A DNA stretch of 36,766 bases from Welwitschia mirabilis (Eukaryota): NCBI GenBank assembly GCA_051453625.1, contig JBOZIK010000001.1:17784884-17821649 (forward strand). The letters run 5' to 3'. This document shows positions 25,001 through 36,766 of this stretch, piece after piece. Made by a program: the position numbers and the translations under genes. Each line of letters opens with the position of its first letter. Position 1 is the stretch's first letter. The notes below the pieces were generated by a model that worked only from the letters and a program-made list of their open reading frames with translations, did not search any database and was not told where the DNA came from.

Positions 25001-26026
25001 CATAACTAATAGCTCTAAGAATTAAGGAAACTTTAGTGAACTACCTAGATCCCATCATCCTATTAGATCCTCTAATGTACTTAAAAGTTCTTAAAAATTT
25101 TGAAGTTAGTAATAAGATAAATGAATTAGCAAGAAGAGTATAATATCTTACCATCTTACCCTTATTTTCACCTTTGTTCAGAAAATCTAGATGCGTAATT
25201 TTCCATATAATCACCTACAAGATAGCCAAGTGTTCATCAATTTCTTCATTTTAAAAGATAGTAAATGAATAAGTTAATGTTGTAGGAAACTAGTGAAAAA
25301 ATGATAATAATAAATTCTATTCTAATACCTACAACCCTAAGTGAAGGAATTGCTTTAACTTTTCTTAAAAGTAAAATAATGTGATTAACTAATCAATAAA
25401 TTCATTTCCTTTATCATCCTTCCATATCTTTTTATTAAATTATTAAAAATCTTTTCATCCATTTCCTTTAAGGAATCGGTAAGAAAATCCATGAAAACCT
25501 AAATCCAACAAAATAATAATCATGAACAAATGCTAAAGTAACATTCCTCCTCATTAAATAATTAAAAACAAATCACTTAAATTATCACTTAAGTTTTTCA
25601 ACAACTTAAAAAAATCCAAACCTAGATTTTGTCTATCCTAAACTAAAGAGAAATAGGTAAACTTCTCATGAGCTCATAAACAAATCTAAAAGAGGTTATT
25701 TTCACAAAAGGGATAAAGTTCACACATATAGAAGAGACCAAGTCCATTAACCTTAGAAGAAAAAAAAATTACATAATTTACCTTCATAAAATAAGGCCAA
25801 GAAAAAACGTACCTTCATAGAAATAAGAAAAATAATAAACAATAGAATAACCCTTATCTATATAGAAAGATCCCCATGTAATGTTCTATTTTACCATTTG
25901 AAGATCATTTCATTATAAACAAAAACATATAAATATTATTCCAAGATTAATAATAATAATAAGGAATAATTTCAAAAAAGATAGACTTTAGTATTAATAG
26001 TAGTGGATTACATTCTTTATCATTAG

Positions 26027-26113
26027 CTAACAATGCTGGCCTAGTGGTCAAAGGTAAACATGTAAACTATGACTAGAGGCCCCCTTTTCAAGACCCTTAG
26101 GAATCAGCCAAAA
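26027..26113 (+). mobile_element. tRNA-derived SINE head (resembles the Au SINE 5' half), short or 3'-truncated
   Basis: Pol III A box TGGCCTAGTGG (26037-26047) and decayed B box TTTTCAAGACC (26085-26095), then GGAATCAGCC and AAAA. Flanked by the direct repeat TTATCATTAG (26017-26026 and 26114-26123). Confidence 0.55.
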
Positions 26114-27241
26114 TTATCATTAGNNNNNNNNNNNNNNNNNNNNNNNNNNNNNNNNNNNNNNNNNNNNNNNNNNNNNNNNNNNNNNNNNNNNNNNNNNNNN
26201 NNNNNNNNNNNNNNNNNNNNNNNNNNNNNNNNNNNNNNNNNNNNNNNNCATCTTAGTACACTTCTTTATAAATAGTTAATTTGGAACATTATGTTCTCTC
26301 CTTCTTAATTATCATGCTCATCCTTGATTGCAGTTTATCCTCTTCTTCTGCCATTTGTGTAGACATACTTATCCATATTATTTGTTATATTACTATAAAA
26401 CATAAGAAAAGGAAAATAATATATATTAAGAAATTCATTGAAAATATAAGGAAATAATAGAACATCTCTTATTAAAAGGTTTGTAAAAAGTCTCCTACAT
26501 ATACTCCTTGTTATTCCCAACTTTGTTGATTATAATAAGTCCATTGAATAAGTAATTTTTTTACATTTTTATTTCTCAATTGCTTAGTTCTAGTATTAAA
26601 TACTTTTTTAGGTTACACAATAAAGGTTAGATTGGATCTAATCATAATATGCTATTATTTTAGGATGTAGTCCTAGTTCTTATCCCCATAGTAAGGTTTC
26701 AACATACTCACATAGAAAACTGGTAAATCTAAGACATTTACAAGGGTAACTATTGTTTATAGGATAGGTTTCCTATTCTTTTACTAATCTTGAATGAACC
26801 ACAATATTGAGGGACTATCTTACTATACTTCCCCATTTTTATTGAGTTTCTTTTTGGCTTGATCTTAAAATTACTTATTCACTAACTTAGAGTATGTGGA
26901 TCTAATGTTTCTAATCATAATACTTCTTATACCAGTTTTGAGTAGTTTGTAGGTGTCTCTTTAATTTTATAATCATTTCTTTCATAGATTTTAACTTGGA
27001 AGGTATATCCATTTCTAATATTTATGAAGAATTAGACTATGTAACAGGGATGGAGTAGTTCCTATCATATATTACTTTGAATGGTAAACATTAAATTAAG
27101 GTATGAAAGTCTGATGACATGCAAGCTTAACTAGGTTTAGGCACTTATTCCATTATTTATGTTTTTCGACTTCATAGCATTGTAGAGTATCTTATCAAAT
27201 GTGGTTTATCCTTTCTATTTAATCATTTTTTTCTAGGTGAT

Positions 27242-30184
27242 TATTGTAGTATGTATTTATGTAGCTATTATGTCATTAAGCAAATCCTATTAATCACAAA
27301 TTTGTGCAACATGCATACTATTGTAGATAAGAGTTAATCCAAATGTCATAATCTATTAAATGAACTAGACTTAAAGTTAAAGAAGTGACTTCTACTAAAA
27401 TATTTTTGTATTTTTCTATTTATGAAAATGAAANNNNNNNNNNNNNNNNNNNNNNNNNNNNNNNNNNNNNNNNNNNNNNNNNNNNNNNNNNNNNNNNNNN
27501 NNNNNNNNNNNNNNNNNNNNNNNNNNNNNNNNNTTATTGTAGTGTGTATTTACATAGCTATTATATCATTAAGCAAATCCTATTAATTACAAATTTGTGT
27601 AACATGCATACTATTGTAGATAAGAGTTAATCCAAATGTCATAATCTATTAAATAAACTAGACTTGAAGTTAAAGAATTAACTTCTAATAAAATATTTTT
27701 GTATTTTTCTATTGATGAAAATGAAAAAAATAATGATGTAAGAAAACAATGCAAAGTATACACACTAATGCAATGAAATGCAAATGAAAAATATTCTAAA
27801 TAAAATATCTATCTAACTATCAAATCTTCCTATCACAAAGATTGGCCTTGTATAACATAGATCAATCAAGGGAACTATGATTAATACTAACCAACTTGAG
27901 CTATTAGGCATGTTGAATAGAATATAGGAAATATATGAGTATTATTCTATGATGCAAAATGCAATGCGATGCAAAATCTAAACTAATAATTTCAACCTTA
28001 TAAAAACATTGTCATTGATGACTATATTAACTATAAAGCTGTCAATAATTCATAACTAACATAAACCATAAGGAAGATGCAAATGATAGAACTAAAGTAT
28101 ACTTTTCGTTAATATCTAACCAACATCCTGTTAGAAAGCAATACTACCTCAATGGAGGATCCATAGCCCAAAACCAAGGAAGACTTTGCTTTATAATAAT
28201 GAATGAACCTCTTACCCTTTGATCTCCTATCATAAGATTTCTAGGTGCTAAAGAAGATAAAAGTTAAAATAAGGATTAAGGATGTATTTATTATAATGAA
28301 CAACCTAAAAAAAGAAAGTTCTAAAAAATGCAACAAACATCCTAACTATGCACAAAAATCACATGACATATTACAGAAGTTAGATAAATTTTTATGCATT
28401 GACTAAAAATAGTTGTTGTTTTCACTGTCATTTGGATGATGGTGAGGATGATGCCACATCAAGATAGGTCCCATATCAACTTTTATTTTTGGTCCATTCA
28501 GCATCCTTATTAGCTTACACATGTTGTCATTCATGATGTGGTCTGGATGATGTAGAGGATGATAGTCCCTTAAGCCCTCCAACCAAGTGTAATTAGCTTC
28601 ATTAATCTTTAACTTCTCCTCAAAATGCTAGGTATTAACAATCATATAAAATACTCCTATATGTGTTAATGATTGCATATTTTTATGATAATATCCTTGA
28701 TTCTTAATAATCATTAATTTATACTTAAACCTATTTAAATGTCATAAAAAACTACTAAAAATACCCCATCAATAATGTATAATTTAGAATCACAACATAG
28801 CCCCTTACTTAGCCTTATTAGCCCCAAGTGAAGTAGATGAACAACTATAATTGTAATCCAAATTGATTAAAACAAAGATTAACTAGGTATATGTAAATTA
28901 ATTTTAGCAATCTTATTATGTAGGATTAAATCTCAAAATCTAATGAATTTTTTATATTGGAAAATAATATGACCAAGATGTCATTTGGTATGTCATCTAG
29001 ATGATTATGGGGATGATAGAATTTTAAAAATCTAACTATAAAATTAAATACTATAAGTATGCTCATCAAAAAACATAATTAAAAACACTTACTAGTGTGG
29101 TATCCCCTCACTTAAAACATTTAGCGCATGAAAAAAACAAAAATTTAATGTCATAAAAAAGAATCATCATTAGATATCACCATAATAACTTAGATAAATG
29201 ACGTGCATGTATAATCAAAAAAGTAATAACTCAAAAAAAATCATAAATCAAACATTGTGTTTTTAAGAAAAATCTAAAAGGGTTAATACATTAAAAGTAA
29301 TCATAAGATTATTTCCCTTATTCATGGTCTCTTAAACTACTTGGGCCACATTCATAAGAAAGACCTACAACTATTCTACTGTCAAGTACATGGTTTACTA
29401 AATAATACCCATAATGTATATTACTAAAATAATAAGCAATCATAATTTAACTAGTACAGTATAGATATATATCATGAAAATTTAGAAATAATCTTTATAA
29501 TTTAAATTTTTCTTAAAATATCTTAAAATATATGTCCTGATCCCCCTCCCCTCCTTCCAACTCCCCTACCCCATAGGTGAATTAATAATGAATGGATGTC
29601 ATGCCCTTCAATCTTCTATCATGAGATTTTCAAATGCTATAGAATATAAAATTCATAGTAAGGATGATGAAGGTATTTATTATAACAAATAGCATAAAAA
29701 TATACAATTCCAATAAACACAACATAATCCTAATGGAATGAAGAAACACATGAGACATTGTAGAAGTTAGTTGAAGTTCGATGCATTAATTAAAAATAGT
29801 TATCATCTTGACTATCATCTAGATGATGATAAGGATAATATCACATCAAGAGAGCCCCCACATCAACTTTTATTTTTGGTCTAGTTAGAATTCTTATTAG
29901 GTTACATGTGTTTTCATTTATATTTTTTTCTAGCCAATGTAGAGGATGATAGTCTTCTGCATCCTCTAACCAAGTGTAATCAGCATTATAGATATTTAAC
30001 TTCTTCTTAAAGTGCTAGATATCAGAAATCATCTAAACTTCCTTTAAATATATTAGTGATTGTGAATTTTTGTGATAATCTCCTTGATTCTTAATAATTA
30101 TCAATTTCTACTTAAACCTATCTAAATGTCCTACAAAACTACTCAAAATACTTCATTAAAAAAATATAATTTGGTATTGTATTA
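27242..30184 (-). mobile_element. Older, internally deleted Athila-type element related to 18777-21473, inserted in the chromovirus integrase
   Basis: LTR 27242-28797 is colinear with LTR 20183-21473 (e.g. ATGCATACTATTGTAGATAAGAGTTAATCCAAATGTC vs ATGCACGCTAATATAGATGGGAGTTCACCCGAATGTC; end CACAACA vs CGCAACA). PPT-like AAGTAAGGGGCTA lies next to it on the minus strand. A second partial LTR at ~29587-30184 repeats 28198-28797. Confidence 0.85.
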
Positions 30185-31039
30185 GTAAGATGTAGTACTA
30201 AAACTAAGTTTAGTGTAGAAGTGATGGGAAAAAAAATTTCAGAACTTTAGATAAGAATTTCAAATCTTGATTAGATATAATAATTTCAATTGCACTATGA
30301 AAATTGAAAACTTCCTACACAAACTATACAGACAATTATTTAGCATGTTGGAGCTTCATACTATAATAAAATATGACATCTTGCTTAACTTGTCTACACA
30401 AATAAAAATTACATCATTTTTTTTATTAATAAGAGGTAACACAGTGATAAAATTCATAGATATTTCTTTTCATTTATACTATGATACCCCTAATGGTTGA
30501 GGGAGTCTAGTAAATCTTCCCTGATCAATTTTCATTTGCTAGAAGGTGGGATAATTATGAATATACTTCTTTAAGTCTACTATTATTCTAAGACAAAATT
30601 AGTGCTTTCTCAATTGATAGTAATCTTGGATGAATTTAGAATACCCTGCATAGGGAACTTCATGCAATTTAGACATTAACTTCTTTCTTCATGAACCTTG
30701 TGAATACAAAGACATCAATCTCTTAATAGGTATCCATCTTATGAAAGTTTGTATATATCAACTTCTTTTTCTTCTTAAATTAGTTAATGTCTGTCTTTAA
30801 AGTATGGATCATCAGTTATGAATGTCTTAAAAAATAAATCAGATATAATAGTGATGGCTAGTATGTACCACATTCTACTTAGGATATATATAACTTTATT
30901 CTTCTTTCTTAGGATGTACTATAGTTTTAAGTTATATTCTACAAGTAATTCATCCTATCTTCTTTATCCCATGTTCAAAAGAGGATGTTTTTAGAAATAT
31001 TCTAAGCTTTTATGATTTGTTTTAAATAAAAATTCTCTT

Positions 31040-33085
31040 TTTTTAAAAAAATATTTGATTCTATTTCAGTAATAAAGAAAATTCTAAACTTACAAGTAAA
31101 AGGCAGCTATGAATTGAACCCTAAAAAATCAAGGAATTAATAAAACATTTATTAAAAAATCTATTGTATTAAATCTAGGAAAAAAATAAAAATAGATAGA
31201 TATCCTAGCTCACTCCTCTCCTCAGAAATTGTGGAGAAATACCCAAGTCATAATACCATCGTCTATTATTTTGAGCATCTTTCAGCCTCTGGATGGATGA
31301 AAGATTAATCTTCAACTATGTTTTGATGTTCTAGATCATGTGTTGAACATTTAAATCTACTTTCCTAATAGAATTGCACTCCTACCTTACTAAATGGAGT
31401 AGATGCAAGCTGTGATCAAGTATTTAATAATGCTATGATGTGTAGGCCTAGATCCAAACCTTTGTTTTAATTATTACATTAGTGTTGTCAAAGTAATTGT
31501 AAGGGATTTTAGCCTTATCAAATTCATGATAGATTAAAGTAATTTAATACAAGGAAGGCACTTAAAGAAGAGGTGTTCTCTTATTTCTTTAGCCATACCA
31601 TAGAGAACATAATTAGGATCAATTTGTATGCCAAATTTAAGTAGTCTATCCTTAGTGACAAGCCTATTATGACAAGTAAGCCATTAAATGAATGATTACT
31701 TTGGAATGGCAAATTTATTCCACATAAGAAAATACCAATCTACCTTAGGAGCCTATCCACGCAACTGCAAATATGTAGAGGAAGTAAAAAAGGGCCTAAT
31801 AGCTACATTCATACCTGTTCATCACTTAAAAAATCTATACAAATCCTTGCCTAAAGTATAATTTTTAATCTTTTCTTAATGATCCAAGATGTGCTTTGCT
31901 TCACCTGGTAATGTCAAACATCTGTATCTTTGAAATAATATTCATTGCATTACTTGACACAAAGGTTATCCTTCTTGAATGTCAAATCCCATAGCTAAGT
32001 GAACACAAGAGCTTTATTCATCAAAATAGAATCAGTTAATCCTAATCCACATATTACCTTTGACTTTAATAGATTATTCCATGTTATAGGAGTCTTTCTC
32101 ATATGTTCTTGAGGCACTGTCTAAAGAAATCTTCTACATAATAAATCGATCTCATAGAGAATCTTCTTAGATAGTAGAAACACCCTGCACCAAAAAGAAC
32201 TTAGGCTATGAAGTATAGCTTTAATTAAGAAAATTATTCCTACATATGAAAGAAACTTTATTTCCCAAGATCTTTTTCTCTCTATCATCCTTAGTATTAG
32301 AGGTAAACAATCAGCTATAAAAAGACTCTTGAAGTTGAGAGGCACCCTAAGATATCTAATTGGAAGAACATCTTCACTAAATCCTAGAAAATAGAGAAAT
32401 ATTTCCTTTGATCCATAAACTATGGCTTTCCATGATTCATAGGCAATCACTTAATCATTCCTTGAGTAGAAGCATCAATGATAACTGTGAATGCTTTATT
32501 CATGTTTATAATTTTGAGAATAGGTGTAGTTTTAAATAATGGCTTTAGCCTAAGAAATTCCTTCTTGCATTTATCATTAAAGTTAAATGTAAACATTTAT
32601 TTGGTTAACTAGTTTAANNNNNNNNNNNNNNNNNNNNNNNNNNNNNNNNNNNNNNNNNNNNNNNNNNNNNNNNNNNNNNNNNNNNNNNNNNNNNNNNNNN
32701 NNNNNNNNNNNNNNNNNNNNNNNNNNNNNNNNNNNNNNNNNNNNNNNNNNNNNNNNNNNNNNNNNNTTCTCATATGTTCATGAGGCATTGTCTAAAGAAA
32801 TCTTCTACATAATGAATCAATCTCAGAGAGAATCTTCTTAGATAGTAGAAACACCCTGCATCAAAAAGAACTCAGGCTATGAAGTATATCTTTAACCAAG
32901 AAAAGTCTTCCTACATATGAAAGAAACTTTATTATCAAGATCTTATTCTCTCTATCATCCTTAGTATTAGAGGTAAACAATCAGCTATAAAAAGACTATT
33001 GAAGTTGAAAGGCATCCTAAGATATCTAAATGGAAGAACATCTTCACTAAATCCTAGAACATAGAGAAATATTTCCTTTGATTCT
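31040..33085 (-). mobile_element. 5'-truncated L1-type LINE (ORF2 C-terminal part) inserted in the gypsy RNase H
   Basis: LPIRYLRVPL, LIKAILHSLSSFWCRVFLL.KKIL.EID..CRRFL (ORF 32121-32450). ITWNN..K..CGLG..NKAL (~32010-32085). zf-RVT-like WNKFAIPK..RLVTKDRL..EHLFFKC (31560-31735). Short A-run at the 3' end (~31038-31044). Part duplicated across the gap. Confidence 0.9.
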
Positions 33086-35969
33086 TAAACTATGGCTAAC
33101 AATTTGAGATTATAGATGAGATAATTTTCCATGATTCATAGGTAATAACTTAATCATCTTTACTTACTATGGCTCTTATACCTTAAGTAAAAGCATCAAT
33201 GATAACTATGAATGCTTTGTTCATGTTTATAATTTTGAGAATAGGTGTAGTTTTAAGTAATAGCTTTAGCTTGAGAAATGCTTTCTTGCATTTATCATTA
33301 AAGTTAAATGTTAACATTGATCTGGTTAAATCGTTTAATGGTGTTGTAAGTTAAGAGAATCCTAGGATGAATTTTTGATAGAAATCAGTTAACCCTAAAA
33401 AACTTTAAACTTGTCTAGGATCCTTTAGTTCTGATCATTTCCTTATGTCTTGTACTTTGACTATATTAGTTGCAATTTGTTCACTAGAAATGACATGCCC
33501 TAGTTAGTTGATTTCTATTTGGGAAAAGTCATATTTGCTCAATTAAGCTTTAAAGTATTACCTAGTCAAGACTTATAAAAATTGCTTTAGATGTATAACA
33601 TGATCATCTCAGTTTCTGGATCATCTAAAAACAAAACTACAAGCTTATCTAGGTAAACCAAAATATATCATTCATAACACCCATAAAAGTAGTAGGATCA
33701 TTTGTTAATCTAAAGGGCATCTCTACAAATTCATAATATCCATATCTTCTTCTAAAGACAGTTTTATAGATATCTTCTTATTTGATGCAAATTTAATGGT
33801 ATCCATATTTAAAGTAAATCTTTGAGAAGAATTTAAATCTTTGAAGTTGGTCTAATAAGTCAATAATTCTTGGAAAAGAATATATGTCCTTGATGATTAT
33901 CTTATTTAACTATCTATAGTCAATGTAGAGTTGTAAGGTGTCATCGTTTTTCTTCATGAAGAGTACTAGGGCTCACTAAGGTGATACACTAAGGTGAATT
34001 TTTGCCTTTTAAAAGTAACTATTCAATTTGAAATTTTAGTTTCCTTAGTTCTATTATTAAAAATAGGTAGGAATCTTGTGCTATTGGTTACGCTCGAAGG
34101 ATTAGATTAATTTCATGCTATACTTTTCTCTTTACTAGTAAGATTTTGGAATCTTCAAATACCCTAAGAAATTCTTGTAGTTTTATTTACATTTACCATT
34201 TTATACCTATATTAAGGTAATGAATATCTATTTTCTTTGAATATATTTGGATATTTTCTTGAATGAGGTCAAGGCTACTCTCTTATTTTCTCCTTTCCCC
34301 TTGAAGATTCATGTTTTAAATGAATTTGTTAGTAATAAAATGCATTGGAAAAAATTAATTTGTAAGTTGTATATAACTAAGAAAGGAATTCCTAATATGG
34401 CATGATATTCTTTAATGTGAAAAACATAGAACTTATCCCTAAAGTATAAGTTATGAATGATGTAGTTGAGAAGGGTGGAAGTCCCATCCTATATAAGAAA
34501 ACTACCATCTATAAAACCTATTATAAATCTTGTTTCTTGAAAGGGATGATGTTTAATTTTTAAAATAATGTTAGAGAAATAAAAGTTTAGAAGGAATTAC
34601 TATGTACTAGGAATGAAACAAGGAAGGATAAAATTTGACCTCATAATTTCAAGTTAGAATAATAGTTATGAGTCACATATATTTGGATGATGACATATAA
34701 ACTTTTTAGTAATGGAGCTAAATTATATAAGGCTTAAGGCTAGCTATTCTATACAAAGTTTGGTGTTAAAGATTTAAATGGATAATTTCTAGTAATGTAA
34801 TCTTTATTATGGCATTCATGACAAGTAAAGTTAGTTTCAAATGTTTTATGTACTAGTGGTATGCTTATCATGTTAGATCTATTTACTTATGGATTTTGGG
34901 CCTTGTTCCATCGATTTTCCTATTCTTAAAGGTAATGTATCATTTTGTGATATGCATATTTGGTTAATTTGATTTTTAAAGTGTAAAGAATTCTTTTGAG
35001 TTTTGGTGGAAAGGTGTCAATAAAACTACTGATCAACTACTTCTCAGAGACATTCTTCTAATATTTCATTAAGCATTGAAATTTAGACCATGTTTATCGA
35101 GTGGGCATTTTTTAAGTTGAAGGCATTGGAATTCTACCATTTAATCTTCAATGAAATCTTCAGGAATAAATTTCTTCTTGAATTTCTTCATGAAGATATC
35201 TTAAGTAATTCATTGTGGGTAATTTTATAAGTATTGGAACCACTATTCCTATGTATTTCTTATGAGAAAGATGGTGGGGTATGTGCATCTTCATTTTAGT
35301 AAGACATTGTAAAAATCAAAGTTGTTTTCTATTTGTTAAATCTAGGAAATGACTTCTTTAGTTATTTCTTCTTTATCTTTATATTTCTTAAAACATATCA
35401 TCTTAGTAATTTTCTCTTCTTCTTATTATTCTACATTAAAATTATTTACTCGATTAGATAAAAAGACTTAAAGTTTTAGCTCTGTGTTTAGTAGTCACAT
35501 TTAAACATTCTAAAGGTAAATGCCATTGATTAGAGTATGTTATTCTATGGTAGATGATTATTCTTAGGATTTTCTTAGGCTCTATTTAATGGATATTTTT
35601 TCCAAGTGAAGAGAAGGTTATCAATTGTACTAGCAAGAAGTTCATTCTGAGAGTAAATGTGGCCCAGCTATGTCTCTATTTCATACATCATTCCATTTAT
35701 CCTTTGTTTCATAGTGCCTTAGTTGGTACTATGTCCTCTTGAACTCATATGCTTACTTTTTTTCTCCTACTTCTAAGATCAATCCCCTTTTTTATTAGCA
35801 AGTAATATGTCCTTTTTATAGTGCTGTTATAAGAGTTAGGTATCTCTAACTAAATGGTAATTATAAAAATAGTTAGTGGTTGTCATAATAACTCTTGACG
35901 ATGTATGCCAGGGAAGTGGTAACTGTCAAGGAGGTGTATTATCGAGTACTCTAAGTTTGATATTAGATG

Positions 35970-36540
35970 ATACATAAGTGTCAACATTAAACTTTAACAT
36001 TGGATATCCAATTGGTATATCAAGCATCTAACTAAACATCAAATGTTTAAGTGTAACATTAAGACTTCTTTATAGAGTAAGCATCGATGAGGTGATAAGT
36101 ATAGGAGTCAAACAACAGGTGTTAAGGCCTTGCAAGAGCAAGTACAACATCAAGTACCCAAGTGTAATGTTAAGCATCCAAGCATGATGTTGAATAATCA
36201 AGTGTAACATCAAAGACCTCTATCATGAGAAAACTAGAGCAAAGCAAGTTGTGGTAAGAGGGGATGAGAGGTGCTTAAAGCTTGTAGGAGAAGGTGTGAT
36301 GTCAGGCACTCAAGTGTAACATCAGGGACACAACTGTGGTGTTATAACTTCTTTCAAAAATACTTTAGAGTAGAATACAAAGTGAAAAGACCTTATAGAA
36401 GGCATTGGAGTGTTGCAGAGCCAAGTGCAATATGAGACACTTAAATGTAATGTAGAGCATCCAAGTAGAATGTTAAGCACTTGAGTACAATGTTATGCAC
36501 TCAAGTGTAATGTGAGTCTTCTAAGTATAATGTCATCACT
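35970..36540. repeat. Degenerate 20-bp tandem repeat clusters (consensus ~AGTGTAATGTTAAGCAYYCA)
   Basis: Consecutive 20-mers AGTACAACATCAAGTACCCA / AGTGTAATGTTAAGCATCCA / AGCATGATGTTGAATAATCA from 36141, about six units at 36424-36540, and scattered copies between. Confidence 0.8.
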
Positions 36541-36766
36541 GATTCTGATTTGGATATCTGATTATGGTTTTAAGTCATAATTGTGATTTACATATTCTTA
36601 ATCTTAAGTTAATTAGTACTTCTTAATAATAGTTAACTTTACTCCTATGGTTACTTAATCCTAGATTTAGTTCTGTAAATACCTTATGAGCCTCTCATTT
36701 TTTACCTTATTTTGATTGTGTTATAATCAAGTGATAATATTCACTTGTCCTTCTTTTATTGTTATT

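Larger units (their letters stand above)
26300..35748 (-). mobile_element. Degenerate chromovirus-type (Tekay/Del-like) Ty3/gypsy gag-pol, split by two nested insertions
   Basis: Minus-strand order is gag (candidate ATG 35748; F.KKFIP ~35170; knuckle CHECHNKDYITRNYP ~34800), protease (LVHSNS..TFIS ~34590), RT (SP..ALVLFMKKND, IDYR*LNK, MPFRLTN, YLDKLVV.FLDD; 33300-34100), RNase H (IDAF..GI, VITYES, LLAIV ~33090-33210; TNHKSL ~31010), integrase (LQPL..K*KEISMNFIT.LP, VDKLSKM 30185-30700; HLEKND*IERIN ~27220; GKYSKIVPQYCGSFKISKRIG ~26800; PVFYVSMLKPY ~26710). LTRs not confidently delimited. Confidence 0.92.

Noticed and set aside
26030..26110. Functional tRNA gene
   Set aside because: The acceptor stem does not pair and the B box is degenerate; a SINE head fits better.
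35970..36540. CRISPR-like array
   Set aside because: Eukaryotic TE context, degenerate adjacent units, no regular unique spacers and no cas genes.

Overview
Eukaryotic, most likely flowering-plant, nuclear DNA from a draft scaffold: AT-rich with 13 N-gaps, and no prokaryotic operons, CRISPR, rRNA or intact tRNA visible. From about 6.4 kb onward the window is a nested transposon graveyard. (1) A very old, colinear Ty1/copia Sirevirus-type element (+, 6465 to ~21690) has a 3' LTR interrupted by a younger Athila-type Ty3/gypsy element (-, 18777-21473, perfect AGAGA target-site duplication). (2) A decayed chromovirus-type Ty3/gypsy gag-pol (-, ~26300-35748) is split by an older relative of the same Athila family (27242-30184) and by a 5'-truncated L1-type LINE (~31040-33085). 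(3) Smaller remnants are a tRNA-derived SINE head, a possible MULE fragment, a 20-bp tandem repeat and a (CA)n microsatellite. No intact protein-coding gene can be supported. Only the first ~1.9 kb looks like structured, non-TE sequence. It holds a possible exon-intron-exon fragment and a ~105-bp-arm imperfect inverted repeat (947-1391), the best candidate here for an undescribed functional element (hairpin/small-RNA locus or head-to-head duplication). Several blocks are duplicated on both sides of N-gaps and may be assembly or haplotype artefacts. All identities quoted are by-eye estimates, not computed alignments.
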